A stretch of 63,571 nt of DNA, filler included, from Reclinomonas americana ATCC 50394 (taxonomy: Eukaryota): assembly GCA_048213135.1 (NCBI GenBank). It is 18 parts of 18 records of this genome, joined end to end, with 100 filler letters (N's around TTAATTAATTAA, not from the genome) between each part and the next. Parts side by side here need not be neighbours in the genome. Positions count along the whole stretch, not along the records: positions 29,531 to 34,896 come from AFZH01022641.1; positions 34,997 to 37,442 come from AFZH01022643.1; positions 37,543 to 42,942 come from AFZH01022644.1; positions 43,043 to 46,342 come from AFZH01022645.1; 14 more parts are not named here. One strand, 5' to 3'. The first letter of the stretch is position 1. Every line of letters begins with the position of its first letter. The notes beneath the pieces are model-generated. The model was not told the DNA's origin. It ran no database searches and was given only the letters and a program-made list of their open reading frames with translations. The position numbers and the translations under genes were made by a program. Below are positions 32,396-46,000 of the stretch, in pieces.

Positions 32396-35300
32396 ATGTC
32401 TCGGTCGACGACCTTGCTTTCTTCTCGCCCCACCCTGCTGCTGTTGCTGCTGCTACTCGCAACTGCAGCGGTGGTCGTGGGTAGTGTCAGGTGCGTGCTG
32501 CGTGCGTGTCTGTGTTTTCCGAGTCCCTGCGCCCAGTGTGCTAATCATCCACCATGCGCAGTGGCACACTCAACAATATCCCGTGGACCAGCAAGTTGCG
32601 CCCCGCGTGCTTTTTGTCAGAGCTTTCCCCGCCCGCTGTTTGTCGTCGTGTTCATACTTACCGGTATTGCAGTGCCGGAAACACACCCACTCGATGTTCC
32701 GGCGGCGCGACTCGCCTCTTTATTGTGGACAAGGTGAACTTGACACTCTCTCCTTTGCCCTTCTCTCTTTACTCACTGCGTGTTATCGTCGACGCAGCCG
32801 CCGGGTTACATTGGCAACTGGAACACGAACGGCTCGCTGTATGAAGTCAACCCCAGCAGTTGCGGACGCGCACCATGATCTTTCTCAGCCCCGATCCTGA
32901 CATGTCACACACTCCTGCAGCTGGCGCGCGTACCCTCATCCGTAGCAACACCGTCCGCGATGTGTCGGCATACGACGACAACACCCTGTACACTGTCGAG
33001 GCTGCTGTTGCGTATCTGCTTCTCTCCTCTTCTCGCCTCTCCTCTTCCCTTCCCTTCCTACGTCTCCTTTCATTCTTTCCCCTTTCTCTATTGCACTCAC
33101 GCGCCCCGCCTATGCTTGTTTGCAGAATGGCAACGTGTCCGGTATTGCCGTGTGGAAGTACACTTTCAGCGGTGGCTCGTGGTCACGCAGCTCCACTGCC
33201 GTGTGGACGTTTGACGACAAGCTCAACTCTGTCGACTTGTGTTACGTTTGGTGGAAGAATTTCCTCCCGTCGTACACATACGCGAGCTTCCTCGCACCGA
33301 ACACGGTCGACGGCATGTACCGCTTTGGCCCGGTGAGTATCTCGGTGAGGTCGTCTCCGGTCACCGGCCAGAAAGGTATGGCAGAGCTCAATGCGTTGCC
33401 TTCGTGTGCCGACACTGAGTTCGTTCTGCGCAGTGATCGTCATGGGCACGGCGGACTACTACGAGAACCCGATGTCGATTCTGAAAATGTCTGGCATTAT
33501 CGTGGTTCAGCTGGACTCCAATGACGCGGTGCTGCGGAGTTGCGTGCACATCACTGCAGCGTACGTGCGTGTGTGTGTGTATGCGTGAAGCTGAACCGAT
33601 TTCTGTGTGTCACGCGCGCGCAGCCACTCACCACGATGTGGACAACGCGGCCTACGGAGCATTTGCCTCGGTGTCTATTCTCAAGTTCCTGGTTGGTGCG
33701 TACATGGATCCGGCGGGTGCGATCCGCGTCCGAGTTGCCATTGGTATCATCGATCGTCCGTTCATGGACAACACACCCACTGCGGTTCTCGGATACGACG
33801 CCTCGAACACACTGTCGCCAGTGCGGATGTGGGGTATGTTCGGTTTGAGGTCGCCTCACGTCACACACGCACGCACTTACGCGTGCTGCTGTTGCAGATG
33901 TCCCCGTCATGCCACCGTCGCCGACGGCTGGTGCCGGCTGCTTCAGCACGCTGGGCGGTGCCGGCGGCCCGTACACCACTGAGCACGGTGGGCTGCCGGT
34001 GGCCGCGGTTGAGAACCCCTACAACTTCGGCAGCACGTCGTACGGATACGCGACACTGTCCACCGAGTATCTCGGATTCACCACGTCTGCGACTCGGTGC
34101 GTTGTGTGTCGTGTGCCTGCAACTACACCATTCACCTGTGTCTCCCTCTCACTCGCGCCGCTGTCATCAGAGTCTCCGATACCGAGTTCCTGGCGGTGCA
34201 GTTTGCCAACCACGTCGTCAGCAAGCTGACTACCAGCGGCAACTTCAACTTTATCGACCCTTCGTTTGGTGTTGAGCCATGCTCGTGGTCTGCAAGCTAC
34301 CTGGAGCAGGGCGACCAGGACGTGTACCCGATCGACTGCGATACTTCCCTGGGACCCGCGGGAACAGTCATGTACAGCAACTTGCGACATGGTCTGGTCA
34401 CCGACATGCAGAGCACGCTTCCGACGCTGGATCTCTCTGCGTCGCCGGCCCAGCTGGTGTTCCCAGTCGGCATTTGCACTGTCGGTGGTGAGTTGTTAGT
34501 GATTACGACCTTTGCATCATGCTCTCGACAACTCACATTGTGGTTGCATTTGATCTGGACAGCCAACGTGGTGGTGCTCATGCAAGCTGGCGGGGGCGTA
34601 GTTGCCTGGGACGGCACCGCGATGAGCAGCTGTCCGAACCAGCACTACGCCCCAGGCTGCACGCAGTGTGTCAGTGGCTACAGCTTGGCAAGCGGCTGCA
34701 CAGCCTGCACCACTGCCAATTACGATCCGGCTCAAGGCTGCACTCAGTGCGTCAGTGGTTACAGTCTGGCAAGCAGCTGCACGGCTTGCACCACCGCCAA
34801 CTACGACCCGGCCCACGGCTGCGCTCAGTGCGTCACTGGCTACAGTCTGGCGAGCGGCTGCACGGCCTGCACCACTGCCAACTACGACCCTGCTCANNNN
34901 NNNNNNNNNNNNNNNNNNNNNNNNNNNNNNNNNNNNNNNNTTAATTAATTAANNNNNNNNNNNNNNNNNNNNNNNNNNNNNNNNNNNNNNNNNNNNTCTC
35001 GGCAACTACGACATCAGCACTGGATGCGCCACGTGCATCAACAACTACACTCTCCAATCGGGCTGCACCCAGTGCACTGACGGCTACAGCCTCTCCAGTG
35101 CCTGCACGGAGTGCCTGAACAACAACTACGTCGCTGGCTGCACTGCTTGCAAGTCTGGCTACTCGCTGGCCTCGCAGTGCACGCAGTGCCTCAACACAAA
35201 CTACGCTTCCGGGTGCTCGTCGTGCAATGCCGGCTACGACATCTCTGCTATGTGCCTCCAGTGCCTCGACACCAAGTTCAATCCTCTGGCCAACTGCGCC

Positions 35301-37442
35301 GAGTGCCTCAACCCAGCCTACACGTTCAGCAGCGGCTGCACTCAGTGCGTCGACCCGAGTGCCGATCCGCAGCAGGGCTGCACCGCGCCGTGTGTCGGTG
35401 CGATTCACTCCCCAACTCACCACACACTGCACATGCGCACTGTTGTTGCTCACTTTATGATTGTTCTGTATCTCTGCAGCTCCCCACTGTGTGCAGCAGT
35501 GCACGTGCACCGGCTCTGCCGTATGCCAGCCAGACGGAACCTGCGCGTGCAGCAATCCGTTGCTCGATCCCGCCTCTGGATGCCAGGTGTGTGTCAACCG
35601 GAAGCTCAATCCGAACGTCGGCTGCACCACCTGCTTGGTACCTGGCTTTGACCCCGCGACTGGATGCAACGACTGCTTGCCACATCGCTGGGGTGAGAAA
35701 GAGAGAGAGAGAGAGAGTGCTCGTCAGCAGAGTGGAGAGTTATATCCTTTGCATGCTCACTTCACTCTGTTGCACAGGCGCCCAGTGCGACGGAAACTGC
35801 TCCTGCCAGTCACAGGCGCACTGCTCTGATGGCAAGCTCGGCACAGGAGCATGCTACTGCAGCAACTCTCGATTTGATCCGAACTCTAACTGCGCGCAGT
35901 GTCTTCCAAACATGTGGGGTGAGTGAAGGAGAGATGAGACGATATTGAGTCGCTGCCTTCAGTCAGCTGACACACCTACACACCACAGGTGGGCAGTGCC
36001 AGAACACGTGCCAGTGCGTCAACACAGGATGCAACTGGGGTACCAGTGGGGACGGGCAGTGCCGATGCGCGGATTCGAACTTTGATGTGGCCACTGACTG
36101 CGAGGACTGCATTGATGGCCGCTATGGCCCGACCTGCACTGGTCGGTGCAACTGTGTTGCCGGTGCCATGTGCCTCGACGGCAAGGACGGCAATGGCTCG
36201 TGCTTCTGCCACGGAAACTACAACCCTGCCAGTGGCTGCACCACATGCTTGGGCAACTATAGCCTGGCTTCCGGGTGCACCAGCTGCCTCCCCGGCTACT
36301 ATGGTTTGTTTGTGCACGAAACAACACTGTTGAACGATAACCTCGTGCCCGATCGCTAATCATGCGCGCCCTCTCCGTTGCCAACAGGTCCCACTTGCTC
36401 TGGCCACTGCGCCTGCGCCTTGGGTGCCACCTGCAAGGATGGCATCACTGGTGACGGTACCTGCACCTGCCCAGCGGGACGCTTCGGCCCCACTTGCAGT
36501 GTCATGTGCTCCACTCAGTGCACCGGCGGTCGCGTGTGCACATATCACCCCACCACCAACACCGCCACGTGCGACTGCCCAGTGGGATTCACCGGATCCA
36601 CCTGCTCTGACTGTGCGACTGGCTACTTTGGCTCTTCATGCCAGTATCAATGGTGCGCTGCGTGATTGTGGAACTTCCGTGCGCTGTGTCTCGATCACTG
36701 TTAACCGCGCAACCACCACAACACAGCTCGCAATGCAGTGCAGTCGGCACCAAGAGAGCTAACGGTCGTCCACAATGCAACGACGGCAAGCGTGGCTCCT
36801 GCAAGTGTGCGAACAACTTCACTGGTCCACTCTGCAACGTCTGCAACCGAGACTGGTGAGTGGGGGTGTTCACGAGAGAATGCGCGAGGACAACTGGCGG
36901 ATGTTCTCACCACACACTCTTGCACTACTCGCCACAGCGGTCCGCAAGGCACCTGCGATGCGAACACTGGCACATGCGTGTGCAGAGCCGGCTTCCTGGT
37001 TGACAACCGCGGCAAGTGCACTGTGTGCGATGCTGCTGCTGCATGGTGTGTGTCGAACATACGACCTCCTCCTGTTTTTGTTTCCTGCTTCCACATTGCT
37101 GATCTCCCGTCCTTCTCTCTCTGTCGCAACTGCAGCTCCAACCACGGTTCATGCTCAGTCACGAACCTCAATACGGGCGCGATTGCCTGCCAGTGCAACA
37201 CCGGCTGGACAGGCTCCAACTGCGCCACCTGCCAAGCCGGATTCAAGTGGTGCGTTTTGGCGAGGGTGCTTCAGTGATGCATAACAGTTTCTCATCACTT
37301 GTGCATGTTCCTCTCCGGTATGCTGTACTACCGATAGCGATCCAAGGTGCGTGGTGTTGACGCCTGAAGCGATCACGTCGTTGAGTCGCGAAAGCTCACT
37401 CTCTCTCTCTCTCTCCCTCTTCCCTCTCTGCACAGCCCCTGT
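32396..37442 (+). CDS. Large secreted/cell-surface protein with EGF/laminin-EGF-like and CxxC repeats (spans a spacer, 3' end uncertain)
   Basis: Signal peptide [29 protein letters not shown], a beta-rich N-terminal region, and many Cys-rich exons (CxDGxxGxGxCxC, GFTGSTCSDCATGYFG, CQCNTGWTGSNC). Confidence 0.8.
34655..34896 (+). repeat. Coding 81-bp tandem repeat (27 aa, GCTQCVSGYSLASGCTACTTANYDPAQ), at least 3 copies
   Basis: Units start at 34655, 34736 and 34817; the array runs into the spacer. Confidence 0.9.
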
Positions 37443-37542
37443 NNNNNNNNNNNNNNNNNNNNNNNNNNNNNNNNNNNNNNNNNNNNTTAATTAATTAANN
37501 NNNNNNNNNNNNNNNNNNNNNNNNNNNNNNNNNNNNNNNNNN

Positions 37543-38589
37543 TCCACCACCACCTCCTCCTCCACCACCGCCACCACCTGCAAAGAGTTGAGCGACAGAC
37601 AACATGCACAGATTCCCCTTGCATCCCACTCACTGACTGATGTTCGCAGGTGCGGCACCAGTGGAGATTGTCTTTGGCTTTGCGTCCGTGTCGCGCAACC
37701 GAGAGAACTACCTCGCCAAGACAGTCTACTCGCTGCTGCGCAACATGTCGGCCACCGAACGACCCCTCGTCAAGATCATTGTCTTTAACGGAACGTACCC
37801 GCCCTCGTCGCATCGCGCACTGCGCGACCTCTTTGAGGAGTCGGTGCCAAAGTACTGGGCGGTGCGTTGCATCCCTGCGCGAGTCTCGATCTGCTGTGTG
37901 TGCTCACTGGCGCGCTCGATAGGACGAGGGTCTAATTGATGTGGTGGAGATGACGGGTCCGTACGAGAAGCTGATGGACGAGTCGAAGCTGAAGCGCAAC
38001 TTTGGCGACAGTCTGCAGCGCATCAAGTGGCGCAGTAAGCAGGCGCTCGATTTTGCCAGCACGATGCGCGCCGCACTGGCCGCGGCGCCATCGGCGCGCT
38101 ATTACGTGCAGCTGGAGGACGACGTGATCACGCTGCCGGGCTATGTGACTCGCATCTTGGAGTGGACACGACAGACGCCGCAGCGCGATTGGACCATGCT
38201 GGGATTCTACTCGCCGCACGTGACGGCCGACCGCGAGCGCCTCAACCCCGACCAGTTCTACGGTTTTATCGGGCAGGTGCGGCGTTATATTCGCGAGGAA
38301 GTGTTCTGTTGCTGACAGTTGTGTGTGTGTGTGTGTGCAGCTGTTCCGCATGAAAGAGTTGCCGCAGATCGCCAAGTATTTCGAGGACAACTTTGACGAT
38401 CGACCTGTCGACTGGCTGATGAAGGACTACATTGCGGAGAATCGCGGCGCCATCTATGTGCGCTCGCCGTCGCTCTTCCAGCACATTGGATACATGTCGT
38501 CGCTGGAGGGCAAGGTGCAGCCGTCCAACAGCCCCACGTTTGAGACGGCACGTCAGCAGGTGTGCGAACAGTTGCAACAAGACGGCTGA
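37543..38589 (+). CDS. GT54-family (MGAT4-like) N-acetylglucosaminyltransferase, 5'-truncated
   Basis: VFGFASVSRNRENYLAKTVYSLL, KWRSKQALDFA, YYVQLEDDV, GFIGQLFR, PVDWLM, PSLFQHIG..SSLEGKVQ. Confidence 0.85.
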
Positions 38590-38658
38590 ACGACAAAAGA
38601 ATACAGACGCAAAAAGCAGCGCATTGTGTATTTTAATTCTCACGATTCACCACATGCA

Positions 38659-41600
38659 CTACTTGAAAGTCTGCGGCCGCTTGCCCTTGTCACCCGGCGC
38701 TCCACTTCTCGGCTGCAGCGCCGCTTCGTGGTTGCGCAACTCCTGGGGAATCGGGCATTTCGCCTCCTCCAGCACCTTCTTGAGGTCGTACATAATGTCG
38801 GTGTCGTCGCCGGTGAGGAACGAGGTGGCGATACCGGTCTTGCCGGCACGGCCCGTACGTCCAATGCGATGCGTGTAGCGGTCAATGTCCGTCGGCACCT
38901 CGTAGTTGATGACATGCGTCACGCCCTCCACATCGATACCACGTCCGGCCACGTCGGTGGCCACCAAAATGTCGTACTCGCCGTCCTTGAAGGCCTTGAG
39001 GGCGGCCTCACGGCGATCTTGTGTCAGGCCACCATGCAAGTACGTGGTGCTGTAGCCGGCCTTTTCCAGCTTGCGATGCAACACCTCCACGTTCTTCTTG
39101 ACATTGGCAAACACGATAATCGGCGGCTGCTCGCTGGCCACAATATCCATGAGCAGGCGCTCCTTCTCCGACTCGCGGCACCACTTGACGCGCTGCTCGA
39201 TGCGGTCGACGGCCTTGCCGACCTCACCAATGCGCACAATCACCGGGCGGCGCAAGTAACTGCAACCCGAGAGTGAGCAGACGAAAAAAGAAGACAGTGG
39301 AGTGAGCACGCGCGTTACGCAACTCCTTGGCCAGGCGTTCGACCTTCGGGGGCATGGTGGCCGAGAACATGACCGTCTGGCGGTACACGCGATCCCTCTC
39401 CAGCTTGCTCTCGTCCTCGGGCGCCAGGTTGGTGGACGGCATGGCCGCCAGGATTTTCGTGAGTTCCTCCTCGAAACCCATGTCAATCATGCGATCGGCC
39501 TCGTCCATCACCAGGTAGTTGCAGCGATTGAGGACAATGTAGCGATTCTCGAGACAGTCGATAATACGGCCGGGAGTGCCGATCAAAATGTCGCAACCGT
39601 CGCGCAGACCAAACGCCTGCTCCTCAATGGCCACACCACCGACCACACTGTAGCACTTGATGCCGAGACGGTCGGCGAACTTGCGCGCCTCCTGGTCAAT
39701 CTGCTGAGCCAGCTCACGAGTCGGCGCCATCACCAGCGCATGAGGACCTGTGTGGATAGGACACGAGGTGAGATGTGTGTCAGAGGGAACGGGAAGACGA
39801 GAGACGAACCATCCATGCGATTCTTCACGGTGGTCGGCGGCTGGCGGGTAATGTACACCAGCATCGGCACGACAAAGGCCAGCGTCTTGCCGGAGCCGGT
39901 CTCGGCGAGACCGATAATGTCACGGTTCTGCAGACCGACGGGAATGCACTGCATCTGCACCGGAGTCGGTTTCTCGTACCCGGCAAACTCAATGGCTATA
40001 TGCACACACACACAGACACGCACGCGGATGTGAGCGGCAGACGACGGGGTGGGAGGTGAGACTGTGAACGACACACAGACCTTCGAGAATGGGGCGCGGA
40101 AGATTGCTTTCGGCCCAGTTGCGAATCGGATTGGGAATGGCACCGCCCTGCGCTGAAATCTCGTAGTCCTCCTTGAAGATGCGCCAGTCACGCGCCGTCA
40201 TCTCCTCCAGCTTCTTCTCCGTCCAGTGCTTGCCGTAGCTCGACAAGTCGTCGTACTTCGACAGCACAGCCTTGTGCTTGTGCTCACGAAGGCGCTCCGC
40301 GCGGGCACGCGCCGCACTCAGTTCGTTGTGAGGAGCTGCAGTGAAGACACAAACATGAGCGATGTACAACGGGAGCCCGAGAGGGAAGAAGAAGAAAAGT
40401 ACACAACCATCGGTTTCCATGGCCTCTGTGCTGCCGGCGGCAGCTCCCGCGTCGGGGGTCGGCGTGCCATCCTCGCCACCGGCAGCAGTCGGCGTTGTGG
40501 TCGTGGTGGTCGACGATGATGACGACGATGCGGACTTGCGCTCCCGTCGTCTTGACTGCGCGTCAGCTCCCTCCTCGTCCTCCTCTCCCTCCTCGCCCTC
40601 CTCCTCCGCCTCCTCCTTGGTGCGGCGCACAGAGTCGGCATGCAAAGTGACCTTGCCGTCTGCACGGTGCTCCGACAAGAGCTGCACGCGCGGTTTCGGC
40701 GGCAGCGGCGGAATGAACTGGCCTCCCGTGACCGGCGGCGCGAATGGAGTGCCGGCAGCGGCGGCGACGGCGGCGGCGCCCTCCTCCTCCTCCTCCTCGC
40801 CGTGCTCGCTGAGACGAGCAATCTCCTTCTGGTACAGAATCTCCTCGTACTCGCGGGCCCGCTCGGTCTGGTCCTTGCGATCCATGCCCGCTCGCATACC
40901 ACGACCAAAGAGCAGTGTGGCCTCGTGCGGGCGTGAATGGAAGGGGTTCAGCGAATCCCACGTGTCCTCGCTGACGTCCCAGTCGGCGACCTTTGAGACG
41001 CGCTCCGACGGCTTCATCGACTTGCGGATCTTCTTCTCCTGCCCGAGGTACTGCTGCTTGATGACGGCCTTTTCGATCTCCTCCTCCGTCGCGTTGGGCG
41101 GCAACATGCCCACCACCGACTGCACACCACGCTTGCCACCGTGACGCGACGGTCCGCTCTTCGAGGCCGCCTGGATGGCAGCAATGGCCGAGCGCATGTC
41201 ACGCGGCGGCGAGCGTCCACCACCGCCACCACCACCGCCACCGCCACCACGACCACCATGACCGCCATGACCGCCGCCACCTCCACCACCACCACCACCG
41301 CGACGATCTCGATCACGATCGCGATCACGCTCGCGATCTCTGTCGCGGTCCTGGCGAGCGGCGCCTGTTCGACAAGAAAACAATGTGAGCCAAGTCGAGG
41401 AGAAGCAATGTAAGAGACAAGACGCAACGTTCATACTCGCGTCGGTGGTCGAGAGCCTCCTTTTCACGCAGACGGCGGATCATGTCGTCCTCCTCGCGCC
41501 GCTGTCGCTCCGCAGCCTCGCGCTGCGCCTTGGTCATGAACACAGGCTGCCAAGAGGAAAAGTGAGACGCAGTGGGAGGGGGACAGACAAGACGAGGGGA

Positions 41601-42462
41601 GTGGGCGCACCTTGGCCGCCTGTCGATCATACTCCTCCTTGCGACGCAACAGCTCCTCCAGCGACAATGGCTGCGCAAAGCACAATACCGATCATGAGCA
41701 TGCACGCAGCACAGCAACAGCTTCACAACAACAGCGCCTACCTCTTTCCTCGTGCCACCCGACGCATCCTCCACCGCACTCGCAGCCGCCGCCGGTGCCG
41801 GCACCGACACTGCATCACTCTCCTCACCCGCCGTCTTTTGCCGCTTCCGCGGCGGACTCTCATCGCGCCCCCTCTCCCTCTCGCGTTCCCTCTCGCGTTC
41901 CCTGTCCCTGTCACGCTCCCTGTCACGCTCCCGATCTCGATAATCGCGGTGATCACGATCGCGATCCCGCCGCTCCCTCTCCGCACGATCCCGATCCGAC
42001 TCCCGCCTATGCTGATCCCGCTCCCGCTCCCGCCCACTATCACCGCCACGAGCATGCTCACGCCGACTGCTGTCGCGCATCTCCACATCATCGGATTTGC
42101 TGCTTTTCACTGCCGATTTGTCGCCATTTGCATCACCAGCAGTCGCACGCTGTTGCTGTTGTTGCTGCTGCTTGAGAAGCTCAGTCGGTCTGTGCACCAG
42201 GAGTGAGACAGAGAGAGAGGCAAGGACAAGTTGGCCTCGCGCGCGCGCATTCAACGTGTGAGTGACTGTTGCTCTCTGTTGCTCTCTTGCGTGTGTGTGT
42301 GCGTGTGTATATGCACGTGTGTGCCACTCATTGCACGCATGTGTGTGTGTGTGTATGCAAGTGACATGTCACCAAAGTGACTCTCTTGCACGCGCACACA
42401 TACACATGCGCACTCTCTTCTCACACACTATTCACATACCTCGGTGGCAATCGTCGCAGCAT
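38659..42462 (-). CDS. DDX23: DEAD-box RNA helicase DDX23/Prp28
   Basis: RD/RE-rich N-terminus, [73 protein letters not shown] and [10 protein letters not shown]. The 5' start (MLRRLPPR exon at 42440-42462) is tentative. Confidence 0.93.
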
Positions 42463-42845
42463 GCCCTCCTCTCGTCTCTCTCTCACACACACGCGCGCAA
42501 ACACAAATGAAATTTCGTCGCTCTTTTCTGTGTGTTTCCCCCACTTTCATGAGTGAAGGCAGAGGGCCTACTCTCTCCGTGTCTCTCATTGAGGAGCATG
42601 GTGAGTGTTACACTCTTTATTTGTGTGCGTGTGTGAGAGAAAGAGCGGCCATCAAACTGCACTTGCATCTTTTTTTCCTCGCATCTGCACGCGCTCTCTC
42701 TCACTTGTGTCACTCTCATATACACAACCACACACGCGCGTGCGCACGTTCTTATGTAAAGTGTGGTTGTTAGGCGTGAGTAGGTGTTTGATTTTGTGCG
42801 ATCAGCATACGGGACCTCACAGAACGCACGGAACATACAGGAGAG

Positions 42846-42942
<97 letters not shown>

Positions 42943-43096
42943 NNNNNNNNNNNNNNNNNNNNNNNNNNNNNNNNNNNNNNNNNNNNTTAATTAATTAANN
43001 NNNNNNNNNNNNNNNNNNNNNNNNNNNNNNNNNNNNNNNNNNAGGATGGGAAGAGCACTGTATCGCCATGAGGCTGACGGTTAACTGCGTGTAGGT

Positions 43097-46000
43097 TCCC
43101 GATTGTCGCACGCTGCTGATGGCCACCGACGTGCGCACGGTACTCGATCGTCTGCATCGCGAACTCAACGACGAGTCGTCGGGGAGGTTACTCGAGCAGT
43201 GCCGGCGGCTGGTTGCCGACGGTGCGTGTCACGTTTGTGCTTCGTAGCATCCTTCGTTGCTGTGCTGATCGTGATCATACTCGCAGAGGTGGATGAGCGT
43301 GCGCGATGCGAAACGCACCGGCAGACTATCCAGCAGCTGGTCGCCAACTTCCGCTCCGAGACGCCGCCACTTGTACTCGAGTTGCGTGCGTCTATGGTGA
43401 CGATGTGTCACCATTTCCTTTTCCTGACACCTCGTGTCGTGCAGGGATCGCTCAGCCGAGCATCGCCAGCATCGTCAGCAACAAGTGAAGCAGTTTGCCG
43501 ACGATGCCATGGATGGCGTTCGTACGTTCCAGGTACACGGCCGTCGTGCTGTTGGTATTGCTCCCCGCTTCTCCATCTCATCTCCCCCCCTTTTTTTTGC
43601 AGCAATCGCTGACTCGCACCCGCTCACCGGTGTCGCCGCCGACGGCGGCCATTCCCATCGAGCTGGGGTCGCCCCTGTCGCCGACGCACCGAGCATCGCC
43701 AATTGGATCGCCGTCGTTTATGCGCCAGCGATCCTTCACCGAGACCTCGTCCCCACAGCAGGAGCGAGCACGGTATTCGATAGGGACGCCGACGTCGGGA
43801 GGCAGTTGCGTGTGATGTGTGCAAGTCAAGTCCAACCCTCTCCGCTGTGGTCGCTCATGCACTGCTCGTGTTTGTGTGGCCAGTGCCTGCCCTTGATAGT
43901 CCGGGACGCGAGCGATCGGGCTCGGATTTCCGGCCTCTGATCAATGAGTCCACGCAGCGCGCGGCGCCTCCTTCGCCAATTGCGCCCGGTGTGCAGCGTG
44001 TGGCTGCTGGTGCGAATTCGGGCATCCAGGCGCCACAACCAGCAGAGGTTTTGTTGTCTTGTGCCATTATTCATGTCATCCCTTTTTTCGCGCCTCACCA
44101 GTCGACCTCGCAGCCGGTGACCGTGGGACAGTCACAGTCCGCCACCTTCAAGGCGCCTAGCACGACGGGCACCGGTGCGCCTGCCGCGCGAGCCCGTCAG
44201 AATGGAGCCATTAGCATTCCCCAGGCGCCGCGTCCCATACATTACACCAGCTCCGATGATGACGACGAGGTCGACGACGACGATGATGATGATGATGAGG
44301 GCGACGACAGCTCAGTTGACGTTCATGGCGATGCGACGCCGGCTCGTCACGACTTCCAGCTTCCGCTCAACCGGTTAGCGGACACGGTCAACGATCAACC
44401 ACAGCAGCAGCAGCATCAGCACCAGCACCACATGTCGCACGACAACCACAACATTCATCACAACCAACACCAGCACCACCATCAGCACCATCACCACGCC
44501 ACTGCGCCAGTGGGCAGTGCCGCCCCCCGCACCTCGGTCCCATTCATGGCACCGGAGCCACTGGTGGTGGAGAACGACGACGATGTGATTGAGCTGTTGC
44601 TGGGTGGCGAGTTGACCCCGAGCGGTGGATCAGGTGCTTCGTCGCCGCCACCGCCAGTGTCGGATGTGGACAGTGCTGATGCCGACGACGCTGTGTGCCT
44701 GCCGCCGTCGCCAAAGATGACCATCACCCCTGCGGACTCGCCGCCGCCGCCGCTGCCTTCGCGTCCAGTGCACACGCGGCAAGCGTCCGGCGGGTCGCTG
44801 ACGGCAGCCTCCGCCGTATCCGTGCCCACCAAAGGCTCTGGTGCAGCTGCAGCAGCTGCCGCCGCTGCTGCTGCTGCTTCTGCCGGCTCTGTATCGTCGC
44901 ATCGCACTGCTCCCACCGCGCTGTCGTCATCCGCAACGGTCGAGCCCGTGGAGAGTGGTGCTGGCAGTGAGGGCGACACGCTGACAACTATTCCGTCGCC
45001 GCGCATGACGTTGACGCCGCCGCAATCGCCCAAGCACACGCACGCGCGATCACCTTCGCCTCCGCCTGCAGCTGCTGCAGCCGCGGCTACCACGAAATCG
45101 GTATGTCCTGATTCTGTTCTTGCGATACTCGTCGGTGCGCGCTGGCTGACTTTCTTTTGTGTTTTGTAGCGTCTGACACCGCCGCCGAGTGAACACAACG
45201 CACCCTCACGGCATGATAGCCTGCAGGCGACGCTCACCATTGATCTGGACGAGAGCGAGCTCAATGAGCAATTGCAGTCGCAGCAAGGTGCTGGCGGCAC
45301 TTCGCCTCGTGTCTGCATTACACCACCCGACTCGCCCCCTCTTCTTCAGCGCTCGCACAGCGCTCATAATCGCCAGGTAACCGCGCCACGCGTCACACAT
45401 CCATCTCAACTACCCCTGTGCACCTCTCTCACTCTCTGCTTACTGGCGTAGCATTTGGACGCCCCGGCACCCATCGGTCCGCCGCCCGTCCGTCGCGACT
45501 CCACGACCAGCTCATACTCCGAGTCCAGTGACTTGGGTAGTGACGAAGACGAGCTCGCAGTGCCCGCTGGTGGCCTCCATTCACCGCGATTGAGTATCAC
45601 TCCGCCGCCTGAACTGTCGGAGCCAGCCGCGCCGCCATCGCCATCGCGAGATCGCTCGGTGAGTCACATATCGTGGGTTTTTCTCGAGAGCCGAGAAAAG
45701 AAGAGATGGAAGAAGAGCCTAAGATGGGAACAGAAGAGAGGTGGAGGAAAAAAGAAAGGAGGAGAGTCTCACGGCTGTCAATATTTTACTCGTGCAGCAT
45801 CTGGGCGCCATGGCCGTGCCGGCGAGTCAGCTCGTTCGCGACACTCGTCTGCCGCCGCCGTCGCTCCTGCCACTGGATCCAGAAGAAGCGGCTCCAGAGT
45901 TGGCGGACATTGCGTCGCCCAAGTTGTGCGTGACACCGCCAGGATCACCGCCTCTTGCCGCCGCGTCGCACCCACTCGATATTCACGTTGCGTGCATTCC

